In this document: in pieces, positions 1 through 9,962 of the stretch
Layout: the number at the start of each line of letters is the position of its first letter
Numbering within the stretch: the stretch's first letter is position 1
NCBI GenBank assembly: GCA_963748625.1
Contig: CAVVJT010000010.1
Coordinates: 256,001 to 320,000 of the forward strand
Source: an uncultured Chloroflexia bacterium
GTDB lineage: Bacteria > Chloroflexota > Limnocylindria > Limnocylindrales > CSP1-4
Direction of reading: 5' to 3'
Length of the DNA stretch: 64,000 nucleotides
Translations under genes and position numbers: made by a program
The notes under the pieces: model-generated
The model's input: the letters and a program-made list of their open reading frames with translations, nothing else
Databases searched by the model: none
What the model was told of the DNA's origin: nothing

Positions 1-337
1 CCTGCGCGATGACGCGGGCCTGCTGCGAGCGCGCGGTGCCGTAGGCGTCCTTCTGGGCGTTGATGCCGCGCCCGGCCTGGAGGACGGCCGGCGGAGCGGA
101 CAGGCGCACGATGACGCGCTGCGGGCCTCGAGCCTCGCGAAGGCCCTGGACCTTGGTCTTGGACCATTCCATCTGGTCTGCGGTGCGGGTGACGGGCTCG
201 TCGATCCGGAGCGCCTTCACCCAGTCGGGTGCCTCTGTTGCGGGCCGCTCGTTGGGGCCGGCAGCGACCACCGTCCCGGGCAGGAGGGCAGCGAGCAGGG
301 CCCCCGTCACGAACAGGCCGGGCCATCTTCGATCCAT
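1..337 (-). CDS. Secreted protein, N-terminal part only (runs off the window); probable S8 peptidase signal peptide plus propeptide
   Basis: ATG at 337 with GGAGGAG RBS. Translates MDRRWPGLFVTGALLAALLPGTVVAA...QRVIVRLSAPP, a signal peptide followed by an I9-like propeptide pattern. No catalytic domain is visible. Confidence 0.55.
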   Translation of the reverse strand, partial: MDRRWPGLFVTGALLAALLPGTVVAAGPNERPATEAPDWVKALRIDEPVTRTADQMEWSKTKVQGLREARGPQRVIVRLSAPPAVLQAGRGINAQKDAYGTARSQQARVIAQ

Positions 338-607
338 GCAGTCTCCTCCGTGTCGGCGTCGCGTGTCGGTCTGGGGATCCCGAGCAGGCGGGCGCACATC
401 TCCTGGCATGCGGCCCGACGACCACACGCCTTCCGGCCACCGTACTCCGGCGGACGGAGATTGATGAGGGAAGTATGAACCCACAATACGGTCTGGGACG
501 ACCGTGCTGCATTACATTCCCCCGAACAGTTCGACGTCCACCCCTGTGGCGCCTGCCGGATCCGGCCACTCGCCTACACTGCTCCCACGAACCACGGAGG
601 ACGTCCC

Positions 608-1270
608 ATGCAGCTCCCGTTCCACAAGCCCACGATGCCCGCGGCGGGTGATCTCCTGCCCGGCCGCGCCGACCCGATCGTCGATCCCGGCGACCATTTC
701 GTGAATGGGCGACCGCTCGCGGGCCCCTACCCCGACGGCTACGAGATCGCCGACGTGGGCATGGGCTGCTACTGGGGTGCCGAGAAGAAGTTCTGGAGCC
801 TGCCCGGCGTCTGGGTCACGATGGTGGGCTTCCAGGGAGGCGCCACGCCCAACCCCACGTACCGCGAGACCTGCACCGGGAAGACCGCCCACGCCGAGGT
901 GGTGCGGATCGTGTTCGATCCGGCCGTGATCTCGTACGAGCGGATCCTCAAGACGTTCTGGGAGTCGCACGACCCCACCCAGGGCTTCCGCCAGGGCAAC
1001 GACATCGGCACCCAGTACCGGTCGGCCATCTTCACCCACGGCGATGCGCAGCTCGCGGCCGCCGAGGCGTCGAGGGCGGTGTACGGGGGAGTGCTTGCCA
1101 AGGCCGGTTTCGGTCCCATCACGACGGAGATCGCTCCTGCGGGACCGTTCTTCTTCGCCGAGGAGTACCACCAGCAGTACCTGGCCAAGAACCCGGGCGG
1201 CTACGACTGCCACACCTCCACGGGCATCGCGTGCCCGATCGGGCTCGGGGTCGCGACCGCGTCCGAGTAG
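608..1270 (+). CDS. msrA: Peptide-methionine (S)-S-oxide reductase MsrA
   Basis: GMGCYWGAE active site, [39 protein letters not shown]; GGAGG RBS. Confidence 0.96.
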   Translation: MQLPFHKPTMPAAGDLLPGRADPIVDPGDHFVNGRPLAGPYPDGYEIADVGMGCYWGAEKKFWSLPGVWVTMVGFQGGATPNPTYRETCTGKTAHAEVVRIVFDPAVISYERILKTFWESHDPTQGFRQGNDIGTQYRSAIFTHGDAQLAAAEASRAVYGGVLAKAGFGPITTEIAPAGPFFFAEEYHQQYLAKNPGGYDCHTSTGIACPIGLGVATASE

Positions 1271-1601
1271 GGTGTTCGGCCCCCAATGCCCGGCGGATAC
1301 CCCTGCGTGCCCGTGCCGCTGATCGGAAGCGGCATCACCGGGCGTCGCCCACGACGGCTGCTGCCGTGCGCACCCGGCGCGCACACGGAGCGGTGACGTC
1401 GCGGGATGTGCGCCCCGGGCTCCGCCCGTGCGCTCCGCCAGGGTCCCGAGGGCACGACCTGCGCACCAGCCGCGCATCGAGCGCTCCGGCCGCACCGTGT
1501 GGCCGTCCGGCGCGCAGCCGGACGGAGACAGGACCCGGACGGCGCCAGGACCCGGAGCGGCGGTCCGCAAGCCGCCAGCGACCGGCGAATCGGGACACTA
1601 G
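1268..1601. mobile_element. ~335 bp non-coding MITE-like repeat, copy 1 (inverted relative to 52818-53152)
   Basis: Near-identical reverse complement of 52818-53152. Ends ...CGGGACACTAG. The left end is degenerate and starts at the msrA TAG stop. Confidence 0.75.
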
Positions 1602-1624
1602 ACTCCCGCCAGCCCGGGATGTCT

Positions 1625-1873
1625 CTAGGCGCGGTAGCGCCACTCCCCGGACTCATCGCGCGGCCCACGGAAGATACGGAGCATCCAGACGGTGCCGACG
1701 ACCCAGAGCGCGGCAGCAACCGCAACGGTCGTCGCGCCAACACCCGAGGACGGGTCGGGAGCGCCCATGGACGATGGCGCTGTGAGGACCAGCAGGACGA
1801 CGATAGCCAACGATACGAACGGGATCGAGAGGATGACCCTCGTCGGCCAGTAGGCGCGTGTCCGGTGCTTCAT
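1625..1873 (-). CDS. Small two-TM membrane protein
   Basis: MKHRTRAYWPTRVILSIPFVSLAIVVLLVL...VAVAAALWVVGTVWMLRIF; a TACGAT -10-like box lies 7 nt before the ATG (leaderless pattern). Confidence 0.6.
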   Translation of the reverse strand: MKHRTRAYWPTRVILSIPFVSLAIVVLLVLTAPSSMGAPDPSSGVGATTVAVAAALWVVGTVWMLRIFRGPRDESGEWRYRA

Positions 1874-1921
1874 GGCACGCATCGTACGTTCATGGCGCAA
1901 GGGCCACCGGACCTGCCGTGT

Positions 1922-1970
1922 CGGCTACGACTGCCACGCGGCGACCGGGATCGCGTGCCCCACCGGGTGG
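1922..1970 (+). pseudogene. Duplicated, diverged fragment of the msrA 3' end
   Basis: GGCTACGACTGCCAC...GGGATCGCGTGCCC encodes GYDCHAATGIACPTG, versus [15 protein letters not shown] in MsrA (~1199-1243). Confidence 0.6.
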
Positions 1971-2053
1971 GCCTCACGGCCGACGAGCCGGGCATCGCGG
2001 CCGCCGGGCCGGGCGTCGCACCGCTGCCAGATGTGCGCCACCCCCGGCCCTCG

Positions 2054-2220
2054 GCGTGCATCGCAAGCACACTCCCGAGCCCCGCCTGTCGTCCTCGTGC
2101 ATCGCAGGCGCGACGGCGACAGCATGCAGGGCCCATTCCGGCCTGCGACGTGTCGGCGGCGTGCACGGCATGCAAGTGGGGAGCCGGACAGCCCGCGAAG
2201 TGTGCATCGCATGCACGAGC
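2054..2220. repeat. Long imperfect intergenic palindrome
   Basis: Arms CGTGCATCGCAAGCACAC ... GTGTGCATCGCATGCACG, with TGCATCGCA repeated internally. Confidence 0.45.
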
Positions 2221-2276
2221 GCGCCTCGCGGGCCGGGGCGGCGCCAGGCTGCCCGGCCGTCTGCTGCGAGGCTCAG

Positions 2277-2834
2277 CTACCCGGCGCGCGCAGCGGCGAC
2301 CACCTCGCGCACGATCCACGCCTGCTCGCGGGCGTCGTCGAGGGCACGGTGGGTGTGGGGAAGGTCAACCGGATAGCGCTCGAGCATGCGCAGGCGCGAG
2401 GTGGCCGCCCACCGGCCTACCTCGTGGAGATGGCGGCCCATGTACAGCGCCTTCAGATCGAGTGCGGAGTGGCCGAACGGGTTGCGCCCCAGGTGGCGCC
2501 ACAGCAGATCGGCGACGAACATCCAGTCGAACGGGGCGTTGAGGGCGACGAACACCGGCCTCGACCCATCTGGCACCACGGTGGCGAGCCAGCGCTCGAG
2601 CGCCCGGGCCGCCTCGGCCGGCTCCAGGCCGTCCCGTTCCAGGTCCGCCTGCTCAAGGCCGTGGATGCGCTGCGCTCGCTCGTCCCAGGCACGGGTCGGG
2701 TCGGGGCGCAGGAGCAGCTCGATCCCGGTGTCCGGGTCGTCGACCAGGCAGGCGCCGACCGCCAGGAGGCTGCCGGTGGCCGGCACGGGGCCGGACGTCT
2801 CGGTGTCAACGCTGATCCAGGTCTCTGCGGTCAT
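2277..2834 (-). CDS. DEDDh 3'-5' exonuclease
   Basis: ExoI SVDTETSG, ExoII NAPFDWMF, ExoIII HRALDDA. Confidence 0.9.
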   Translation of the reverse strand: MTAETWISVDTETSGPVPATGSLLAVGACLVDDPDTGIELLLRPDPTRAWDERAQRIHGLEQADLERDGLEPAEAARALERWLATVVPDGSRPVFVALNAPFDWMFVADLLWRHLGRNPFGHSALDLKALYMGRHLHEVGRWAATSRLRMLERYPVDLPHTHRALDDAREQAWIVREVVAAARAG

Positions 2835-2914
2835 CGGCCCATCCTGCGGTCGTTAGGACCGGATACTAGCGGTGGTGTGCCGACGGGGGCCACGGACGTA
2901 GCGAGGGCTAGGCG

Positions 2915-4240
2915 ATGGAGCAGGATCAGGCGGGACCGGACGCGCTGGCGGGCATCGTGGCATCGGCCAGGCGGCTGGGCGTGGAGATCGACGAGGCGGA
3001 GGCCGCGGAATGGGTGGCGGCACTCGCTCGCGAGCAGGCCGGCGGCGACATCGTGGTTGACGTGGACAGCGGTATCTACGGGCACCGGGTGTCGATGCTC
3101 GACTTCACCCCCCGCGATCTTGCGCGCTTCCGGGCCATCGGCGAGGTCGTGGGCTTCGAGGACCGGCCGCCCGAGTTCCTGACGGCGCTGGCGCTCTCAG
3201 GCTCCGCGGCGCAGGGCAAGGTCCAGGCCTACCCGGGTGACTGCGACTTCTTCGAGCGGATCCACATCACCGCACCCACCCGGTCGGACGCATGCGCCAT
3301 CCTCGCCCGGGAGATGCGGGCCAAGGCGCTGGCCACCCGCGTCGGTCGCGGCTGGCGGCTGTGGGAGGTCAAGTTCGGCAGCTACCCCTTCGACGGCGAG
3401 CGCGCGGGCCGGGCGGTCAAGGCCGGCGGGGCCATCAGCTGGACGGCCGACGAGGTCGCAACGGGCGCGATCGTGGTGCTGCGCGACGGCGAGCCCGTGA
3501 CGCTCACCTGGGACGAGGTCGCAGCCGAGCCCGGCTGGTGCAAGCTGGACTGGATCGTCACCGACCCGGTCCGCCTCGGCCTCGCGAACGCATCGAACAT
3601 GCTGGACATCACCTGGGAGGCGCCCGACGGGAGCATCACGGCCCTCGACGGCTTCGTGGACCCCTACTTCCAGGAGGTCTACCTCGAGGCGGAGTCGCTG
3701 CCCCTGTTCACCCGGCTCGTCAAGGAGCTGTCGGCCGACTCCGTCGACGAGTACGTGCGCCAGCTCGAGCACGAGGTGGTGAAGTACTCCACGAAGGATC
3801 TGAACTGGGGCAAGGTCGCCCGGCGGCTCTACAACATCTTCCGGCTGACCGGTCGCTACGCGGAGGCCGCCTACCTGCGCGAGCTGTTCGACGAGCCCAC
3901 CACGATCCTCTACCAGGTCGCGGCGCACATCCGGACGCTCGACGAGGCGGACCGGCCCGGGGCCGAGTTCGACGTGGACCTGATGGTGCACCAGACCGAT
4001 GATCTGATCATGGCCGCCATCGGGGCGCTCGAGGGTCAGGGTGAGGCGGAGATGGTGCGCCGCCTGCTGGCCGTCCGGGACAACCTCCAGGCGCGGCGCG
4101 GCGCGGGCAGCCGGTCCGCCGACGTGGACGACGTGAAGCACCGCGCCCTGGTGGCGGTCAACGAGTACTTCGAGCGGCGCCTGTTCGACGTCCCGACCAT
4201 CAAGGCCTACGTTGAAGGGCTCGTGGCCCTGGACGCCTGA
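2915..4240 (+). CDS. Hypothetical protein with a Pol-beta superfamily nucleotidyltransferase motif
   Basis: 441 aa with typical codon usage. LSGSAAQGKVQAYPGDCDF fits hG[GS]-x(9-13)-DhD; KLDW offers a candidate third Asp. Confidence 0.65.
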   Translation: MEQDQAGPDALAGIVASARRLGVEIDEAEAAEWVAALAREQAGGDIVVDVDSGIYGHRVSMLDFTPRDLARFRAIGEVVGFEDRPPEFLTALALSGSAAQGKVQAYPGDCDFFERIHITAPTRSDACAILAREMRAKALATRVGRGWRLWEVKFGSYPFDGERAGRAVKAGGAISWTADEVATGAIVVLRDGEPVTLTWDEVAAEPGWCKLDWIVTDPVRLGLANASNMLDITWEAPDGSITALDGFVDPYFQEVYLEAESLPLFTRLVKELSADSVDEYVRQLEHEVVKYSTKDLNWGKVARRLYNIFRLTGRYAEAAYLRELFDEPTTILYQVAAHIRTLDEADRPGAEFDVDLMVHQTDDLIMAAIGALEGQGEAEMVRRLLAVRDNLQARRGAGSRSADVDDVKHRALVAVNEYFERRLFDVPTIKAYVEGLVALDA

Positions 4241-4267
4241 GGGCCGCCCGGCGGGAGCCAACGCGAA

Positions 4268-4298
4268 CGGCCCCGCTCCGGTCAGGGAGCGGGGCCGT
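4268..4298. terminator. GC-rich hairpin between convergent genes (bidirectional terminator)
   Basis: CGGCCCCGCTCC-GGTCAG-GGAGCGGGGCCG. Confidence 0.7.
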
Positions 4299-4322
4299 CT
4301 GTGCGGAGCGTCAGCGCCTGGG

Positions 4323-4721
4323 TCAGGCCGTGGGCGTCATCCCGAACGCGGCCTTGACGTCGGCCGAGTTGAGGTAGATGAGGATGATGCCGGGCATGAG
4401 CATCATCGCGATACCGATGCCGCTGCCCGGGTACTGGACCATCCAGAGGAACGCCTCGAAGACGGCGATGCCGGCCACGATGGCGGCGGCCAGCCAGGCC
4501 CACCGCTGGAGCGTCCAGAGGCCGAAGCCGACGAGCAGCCACAGCACGCCGGAGAGCATGGCCAGCCAGCCCCACAGGCCGACACTTTCGAATGCGGGCA
4601 CGTCGCCGAGCATCTTGAACCAGTCGAAGCCCAGCAGGCGCAGGCCGAGGAACAGCCAGGCAAAGCCGGCCATAACGACGAAGAAGCCGAGGACGGAGAC
4701 AAGGATGGGCGGGTTCTTCAT
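4323..4721 (-). CDS. Four-TM hypothetical membrane protein
   Basis: 132-aa hydrophobic ORF, GAGGAGG RBS, C-terminal YLNSADVKAAF. Confidence 0.8.
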   Translation of the reverse strand: MKNPPILVSVLGFFVVMAGFAWLFLGLRLLGFDWFKMLGDVPAFESVGLWGWLAMLSGVLWLLVGFGLWTLQRWAWLAAAIVAGIAVFEAFLWMVQYPGSGIGIAMMLMPGIILIYLNSADVKAAFGMTPTA

Positions 4722-4885
4722 GGGCGTGAACCTCCTCAGGTCGTGGATGGCGCCGCTGGCAGCGGCGTTGTCGCCTTATAGGAGCCCGCGCGCAACGGCA
4801 GCGCCTCACCCGGTCGGGATGATGCTGTCGTGTCGGTATGGGTCTGCAATAGGAGGGTCATCGACTCGTAACGGGGCCACCTCTG

Positions 4886-5215
4886 ATGCTCGTCACCGCG
4901 CATGAGGGCCTGCGCCGGCTGACCCTCGGGGACACGAGTCTCCTGGATGCCGAGGCGATCGCCGCGCGTCCGACTCCGCAGCTGGCGGGGCGGACGGCGG
5001 CGCTGGTGCGCATCGCAGCGCTCGTTGCCGTCGATGCCCCGGCGTCCGCGTACCGGTCCCCGGTCGCCGCGGCCCAGCGCACTGGCGCGCGCGACGACGA
5101 CATGCTGGCACTCCTGGTCTTGCTGGCCGATGTCGTGGGATCCGCGCGGGTCATCTCGGCGGCGCCGAGGATTGCCCTGGCGATCGGCTACGATGCCGAG
5201 GCCGCCCTGGAGTAG
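4886..5215 (+). CDS. Carboxymuconolactone decarboxylase-like small protein
   Basis: TAALVRIAALVAVDAPASAY...VGSARVISAAPRIALAIGYD pattern; the family is commonly found next to MalT-like LuxR regulators. Confidence 0.6.
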   Translation: MLVTAHEGLRRLTLGDTSLLDAEAIAARPTPQLAGRTAALVRIAALVAVDAPASAYRSPVAAAQRTGARDDDMLALLVLLADVVGSARVISAAPRIALAIGYDAEAALE

Positions 5216-5302
5216 GACCGGCGGGTATGCTGGCGCGTGATGGGTTCGCCTGTCCCATGATCGAGCAACTGGCCCATCATCCGCAGCCCGAGGGACCACC
5301 GC

Positions 5303-7595
5303 TTGGCCGCGCCACACGAGGGCCGCCGGCCGCACGCTCCGGCCTGGTCATCGCCCGCCACCAGCCTGCTGCCGCCCGCCCCATCCCCCACGTCCGTGCG
5401 CAGGGACCGGCTGGTCGCCCTGCTCGCCGATCCAGCGGCGCCGGCGATCACCGCCCTCATCGCGCCGCCGGGATATGGCAAGACCACGCTGCTCGCCGAC
5501 TGGGCCGCCCGTGAGGCCAGGCCAGTCGCATGGATCACCCTCACGGAGCTCGACAACGATCCCGTCCGCCTGCTGACCTACCTCGTTGCCGCCTACCGTG
5601 CGCACGGTCCCGTGGACGTCGGCCCGGCGGGGCGGTTCCCATCAGGGTCTGAGCGGATGCTCGCCGGGCCACTGCCACGTCTCCTCGCCAGCCTGTCCGC
5701 GTGGACCCGCCCGGCGATCCTCGTGCTGGACGACGTCCACAGGCTCGTGGACCAGAGCGTCCTCGATCTGCTGAGCGTGCTGCTCGACCGTCTCCCAAAC
5801 GGCTTTCGGGTGGCCCTTGCCGGGCGTTCCAGTCCCGACCTCCCGTTCGCGAGGCTCCGGGCCCAGCGCATGCTGCAGGAATTCGGAACCGCCGACCTCG
5901 CCCTCGACGAGGCCGAGGCCATCGAGCTCGTGCGACGCACCGGGGCGGTGCTGCCTGCGGACGTCGTCCGGGAGCTCGCCATCCGCACCGAGGGTTGGGC
6001 CGCGGGCCTCTACCTCGCCGTGATCGGCCGGACCGAGGCCGACGTCCCGATGGCATCCGGCTGGGCGCCCGGCTCCGACCGCTACATTGCCGAGTACCTG
6101 CGTGCGGAGGTCGGGCGCACCCTGGCGCAGGATGACCTGGACTTCCTCCGCCGGACCGCCATCCTTGAGACGGTCACGCCTGGGGCCGCGCTCGCCATCA
6201 CGGGACTCGACCACCCGGACGACCGCCTGGAGCGGCTCGCTGCCGCCAACCTGCTGATCGCTCCCGTTTCCGGAGGGCCGGTCGCCTACCGCTATCACAA
6301 CGTCCTACGCGAGTACCTGCGAGCAGACCTGGACCGGCGGGAACCCGCTGCAGCCGCCGCCGTCCACGCCCAGGCGGCCGCCTACTACGCGACCAACGGC
6401 ATGCACGAGCCCGCGATCGAGCATGCGCTCGCAAGCCACGACCTCGATGCGGCGGCCCGGTACCTTGCCGCGGCGATGCTGCCGCTGTACCAGGGGGGCC
6501 AGGCGACGCTGCTGATGCGGTGGCTGGACCGCTTCTCCGTGCGCGATCTCGAACGCTCGCCGATGCTTGCCGCGTCCGGTGCCTGGCTCCACCTGCTCGA
6601 AGGCAGCGCCGACCGCGCCGACCTCCTCGGTGACATCGTCGAGCGCACCGATCCCGCCACGCTCGGCCGCGATGCGGAGACCTTCCGACCGCTGCAGGCC
6701 ATCGTGCGCGCGACCCTCGGGCGCCATGGCTTCGCAGACTTCATGGCGTCGGCAGCCAAGGTGTACTCGGACAGCCGCGCTCCCGGCCAGTGGCGGGCGA
6801 TCGGAGCGCTGGAGCTGGGTATTGGACGCCTCAGCGAGCCGGACCCGGACCTCGAGGCCGCCGAAGCGCTGCTGGCCGACGCGACGGCGATCGCGCCCTC
6901 CACCTCGGCCGGTGTCCACATGATGGTGGCGGCCCTGCGCGCCGTCATCCGCCTGCGACAGGGCGACATCGGGGCCGCAGGCTCGTTCGTGAACGAGGGT
7001 CGAGCAGCGCACGCCAGCTTCGAGGGGACACCAACGGTCACCTCGCTCATCGTGCATGCGGTCGATGCGCGGGTCCGCGGAGCGCAGCGGGGACATCGGC
7101 GGCGCCCGCGAGGCACTTGTTCGTGCACAGCTGGTACGGCCGCTCGCAACCTACGTGTCGCCATGGTTGTCCGTGCCCGCGCTGCTCGAGCTCACCCGGG
7201 CGTATCTCGCGGTATCGGACCCGGCGGGCGCCCAGACGGCGCTTCGCCATGCCGAGGACATCGTCCGCCGGCGGCCGGGCCTGGGCGGGCTCATCGACCA
7301 TCTCCTGGTGCTCCGACGCATGCTCCTCGATGCCAACGACGTGCTGGCCGGCTCCTCGACGCTGACCATGGCCGAGCTGCGGGTGCTGCCGCTGCTGCCC
7401 ACGTACCTCTCCTTCGAGGAGATCGGCCTGCGGCTGGGCGTGTCGCGCAACACGGTGAAGACGCATGCCATGTCGATCTACGGCAAGCTCTGGGCCTCCT
7501 CCCGGGGCGAAGCCGTCGAGCGCGCCGTGGAGCTGGGCCTGCTGGAGCCGTACCCGGTGCTCGTGCGCCGTGAGTACGGCGGCAGTGGGAACTGA
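5303..7595 (+). CDS. MalT-like ATP-dependent LuxR-family transcriptional regulator (frameshift near 7075)
   Basis: Walker A APPGYGKTT, Walker B LVLDDVH, TEGWAAGL, YRYHNVLREYL. The LuxR HTH (LTMAELRVL...SRNTVKTHAMSIYGKL) is in the next frame. Start codon uncertain. Confidence 0.85.
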
Positions 7596-8020
7596 CGGAC
7601 CAGACGTTTCGTTCTCGCCCCTCACGGTCGTCCTCACCGTGACGCTCCGGGCGTCGCTGCCGGGCCTCGGCGCCGGTTCCTCAGGCGGGGATCACGATCA
7701 GATTCGCAATCCTGAGGATCCCTGAGGCGGCCGCCGCCTCGCTGATGGGACCCGTGGCGGCCATCGCCGTCCGCTTGCGCTCAACGGCTTGGGGCGCGAT
7801 GTCCGCGTGCCAGCCCGCCTTCTGAGGCGGCGACGCGCGGGTCCGATACACAACCCACGCCCGGCTCTAGCGGACGCTGCACCCCAGCGGCCGCATGACA
7901 CGCCGTCATGACACCGGGCCGCGGGGGGCGCCTACTACGGGTACAGCATTGGCCGGAGTCTCACCCGGCGGTGGTCGCCAGGCCCCGCTTCCCCGGATGC
8001 CCCGTGCACGGGAGAACGCC

Positions 8021-8467
8021 ATGGCCATCGACCAGGTCGACCGGACCGTCACCACCACCCAGCAGCCTGTGGTCGCCACCACCCAGCAGCCTGTGGTCAC
8101 GGCCGGGGAGACGGTGCGGACCGACAGCCGGCGCACCACCACGTCGGGTCCCGGCGGCGCCGAGATGGCCCGCCGCATCGTGGTCCTCGTCTTCGGGCTC
8201 ATCCAGATCGTCATCGGGGCGCGCATCGTCCTGCTGCTCCTGCTCGACGCGCGGGAGGCCAACGCCCTCGTGTCCGCGATCCTCACCGTCAGCGAGGTGC
8301 TCGTGGCGCCGTTCGAGGGGATCCTGCGAACGGACTCGCTCAACGCGGCGGGCTCCGTCCTCGACGTCACCGCCCTCGTGGCCCTCGTCGGCTGGACGAT
8401 CCTCGAGCTGGTCGTGCTCTGGGTGATCAGCGTCTTCCGGCGCCGGTCGGCCACCGCGGCCATCTGA
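8021..8467 (+). CDS. YggT-like membrane protein
   Basis: GGAG RBS before ATG 8021; RIVLLLLLDA..N..VSAILTVSEVLVAPFEGI pattern; internal TTTQQPVV duplication. Confidence 0.7.
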   Translation: MAIDQVDRTVTTTQQPVVATTQQPVVTAGETVRTDSRRTTTSGPGGAEMARRIVVLVFGLIQIVIGARIVLLLLLDAREANALVSAILTVSEVLVAPFEGILRTDSLNAAGSVLDVTALVALVGWTILELVVLWVISVFRRRSATAAI

Positions 8468-8557
8468 CCACCACGCGCCGCCCACGGCGGACGCGGGGTC
8501 GTCCGCCCCTCCACGCGGCCCGTCACGGACGGGCGCGCCACGAAAGGACCACCCCGC

Positions 8558-8824
8558 ATGGGAATCATCGCCTGGATCGTGCTCGGCGCAATCGCCGGGT
8601 TCATCGCCAACCTCATCATGGGCTCGCGTGACGGCCTGCTCATGATGATCGTCCTGGGCATCGTCGGCGCCGTCGTCGGCGGCTTCATCGCCGGCAACCT
8701 GCTCGGCATCGCCGATGTCACCGGCTTCAACCTCACCAGCCTCCTGGTCGCGGTGTTCGGCGCCGTCGTCGTCATCGCCGTCGCCCGGCTCGTCATGGGC
8801 CGCGGCGTGAGCAGGACCGCCTGA
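8558..8824 (+). CDS. GlsB/YeaQ/YmgE family (transglycosylase-associated) membrane protein
   Basis: MGIIAWIVLGAIAGFIA...IVLGIVGAVVGG...SLLVAVFGAVV. Confidence 0.9.
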   Translation: MGIIAWIVLGAIAGFIANLIMGSRDGLLMMIVLGIVGAVVGGFIAGNLLGIADVTGFNLTSLLVAVFGAVVVIAVARLVMGRGVSRTA

Positions 8825-8868
8825 TGGCCGAGGTCAATCGCATTTCGAATACCTGGAGGAGTCAGCCA

Positions 8869-9504
8869 ATGCGACGAGTCGTGGCGATCGTCGGCGCGCT
8901 CGCGCTGCTGCTCAGCCTGGCCGGCATGTCGCTGGCCACCGTGCCGACGACGAGTCCGTACGACTGGCAGGGCAACGGCTACCCGAACGCGAGCTGCGAC
9001 GCGGATAGCACGACCGCCCTGTGGATCTGGACCGGGGACAGCCCGCTGAGCCTGACGATCAACGGTCACGAGCAGACCGGCTCGTGGACGCAGATGGGCA
9101 ACGGGTCCTGGCACTTCACGATCACCATCGACGAGTTCAACTACCCGCCGATCACCGCTTCAATCACCTACACGGGTATGGTCGGCACGCTGACACTGTC
9201 GCACTGCGACGATGTCGTTCAGCCGTCCGTGGCGCCGTCCTCGAGCGTCGCGCCGTCCGTGGCGCCGTCCTCGAGCGTCGCGCCGTCCGTGGCGCTCGAG
9301 ATCACGCCGACCCCGGCACCGAGTAGTTCCGTTGAGGCTGCAACCGGCACGCCGCGGGTAACCCCACCCCCGACCGACATGATCGGTTCCGATCAGCCGA
9401 CGCCGAGCAACACCGGCTGGCGGATCGTCCTCATCGGCCTTGCCGCGCTGGCCCTCTCGGTCCTCGCGTTCGCCAAGCCGTGGCGATCGAGCCGGAGGCG
9501 GTAA
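8869..9504 (+). CDS. Secreted surface protein with Ser/Pro linker and C-terminal anchor
   Basis: GGAGGAG RBS, signal peptide, 30-bp SVAPSSSVAP repeats, TPPPTD motif, TM helix and basic tail RSSRRR. Confidence 0.75.
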   Translation: MRRVVAIVGALALLLSLAGMSLATVPTTSPYDWQGNGYPNASCDADSTTALWIWTGDSPLSLTINGHEQTGSWTQMGNGSWHFTITIDEFNYPPITASITYTGMVGTLTLSHCDDVVQPSVAPSSSVAPSVAPSSSVAPSVALEITPTPAPSSSVEAATGTPRVTPPPTDMIGSDQPTPSNTGWRIVLIGLAALALSVLAFAKPWRSSRRR

Positions 9505-9529
9505 CCATTCGCCGTCCCTGAGCGAGCAT

Positions 9530-9558
9530 GGGACCGGGGCGCAAGATGCGCCCCGGTC
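9530..9558 (+). terminator. Hairpin downstream of the surface-protein gene
   Basis: GACCGGGGCGCA-AGA-TGCGCCCCGGTC. Confidence 0.6.
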
Positions 9559-9679
9559 TCGTCATGTCAGGCGCAGACCAACGCGATCACGGTTGGCCAG
9601 CACGTCATCGCGAGTGCCGTCAACCCACGTGCGATCCCTCGGGGTCGCAGCTCCCGTTCTCCAGCAGCAGGGTAAACAG

Positions 9680-9712
9680 AAGCCCCCTCGGGATACCCGA
9701 AGGGGCTTGTTC
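9680..9712 (-). terminator. Hairpin downstream of tRNA-Asn
   Basis: AAGCCCCCTCGGG-ATA-CCCGAAGGGGCTT, followed by a T-rich tract on the minus strand. Confidence 0.6.
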
Positions 9713-9724
9713 GTGCGAGGAGAG

Positions 9725-9800
9725 TGGCTCCGGCGGTAGGACTCGAACCTACGACATGGTGATTAACAGTCACCCGCTCTACCAACTGAGCTACGCCGGA
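9725..9800 (-). tRNA. tRNA-Asn (GTT)
   Basis: TCCGGCGTAGCTCAGTTGGTAGAGCGGGTGACTGTTAATCACCATGTCGTAGGTTCGAGTCCTACCGCCGGAGCCA: 76-nt cloverleaf with GTT anticodon and encoded CCA. Confidence 0.97.
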
Positions 9801-9962
9801 ACGGGGAAACCCGGGGACCGAGTCCGCGGACCTCGAAGCGCCGTTTCGCGGTGCCGCGCGAGAGAATAGCAGGGGTTCGGCCGGTTGCGCGACCTCCGGT
9901 TGCGCGACCTTCCGGTGCCCGAGACGTTGCGGGAGCCGGCCGGTCGCTGTGCCCGTGACCAT

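Noticed and set aside
1300-1600. ORFs inside the MITE-like element as a transposase
   Set aside because: No DDE or HUH motifs; the translations are low-complexity and differ in extent between the two copies.
4300-9725. Integrative island at the tRNA-Asn 3' end
   Set aside because: No integrase and no duplicated tRNA 3' end were found in the window.
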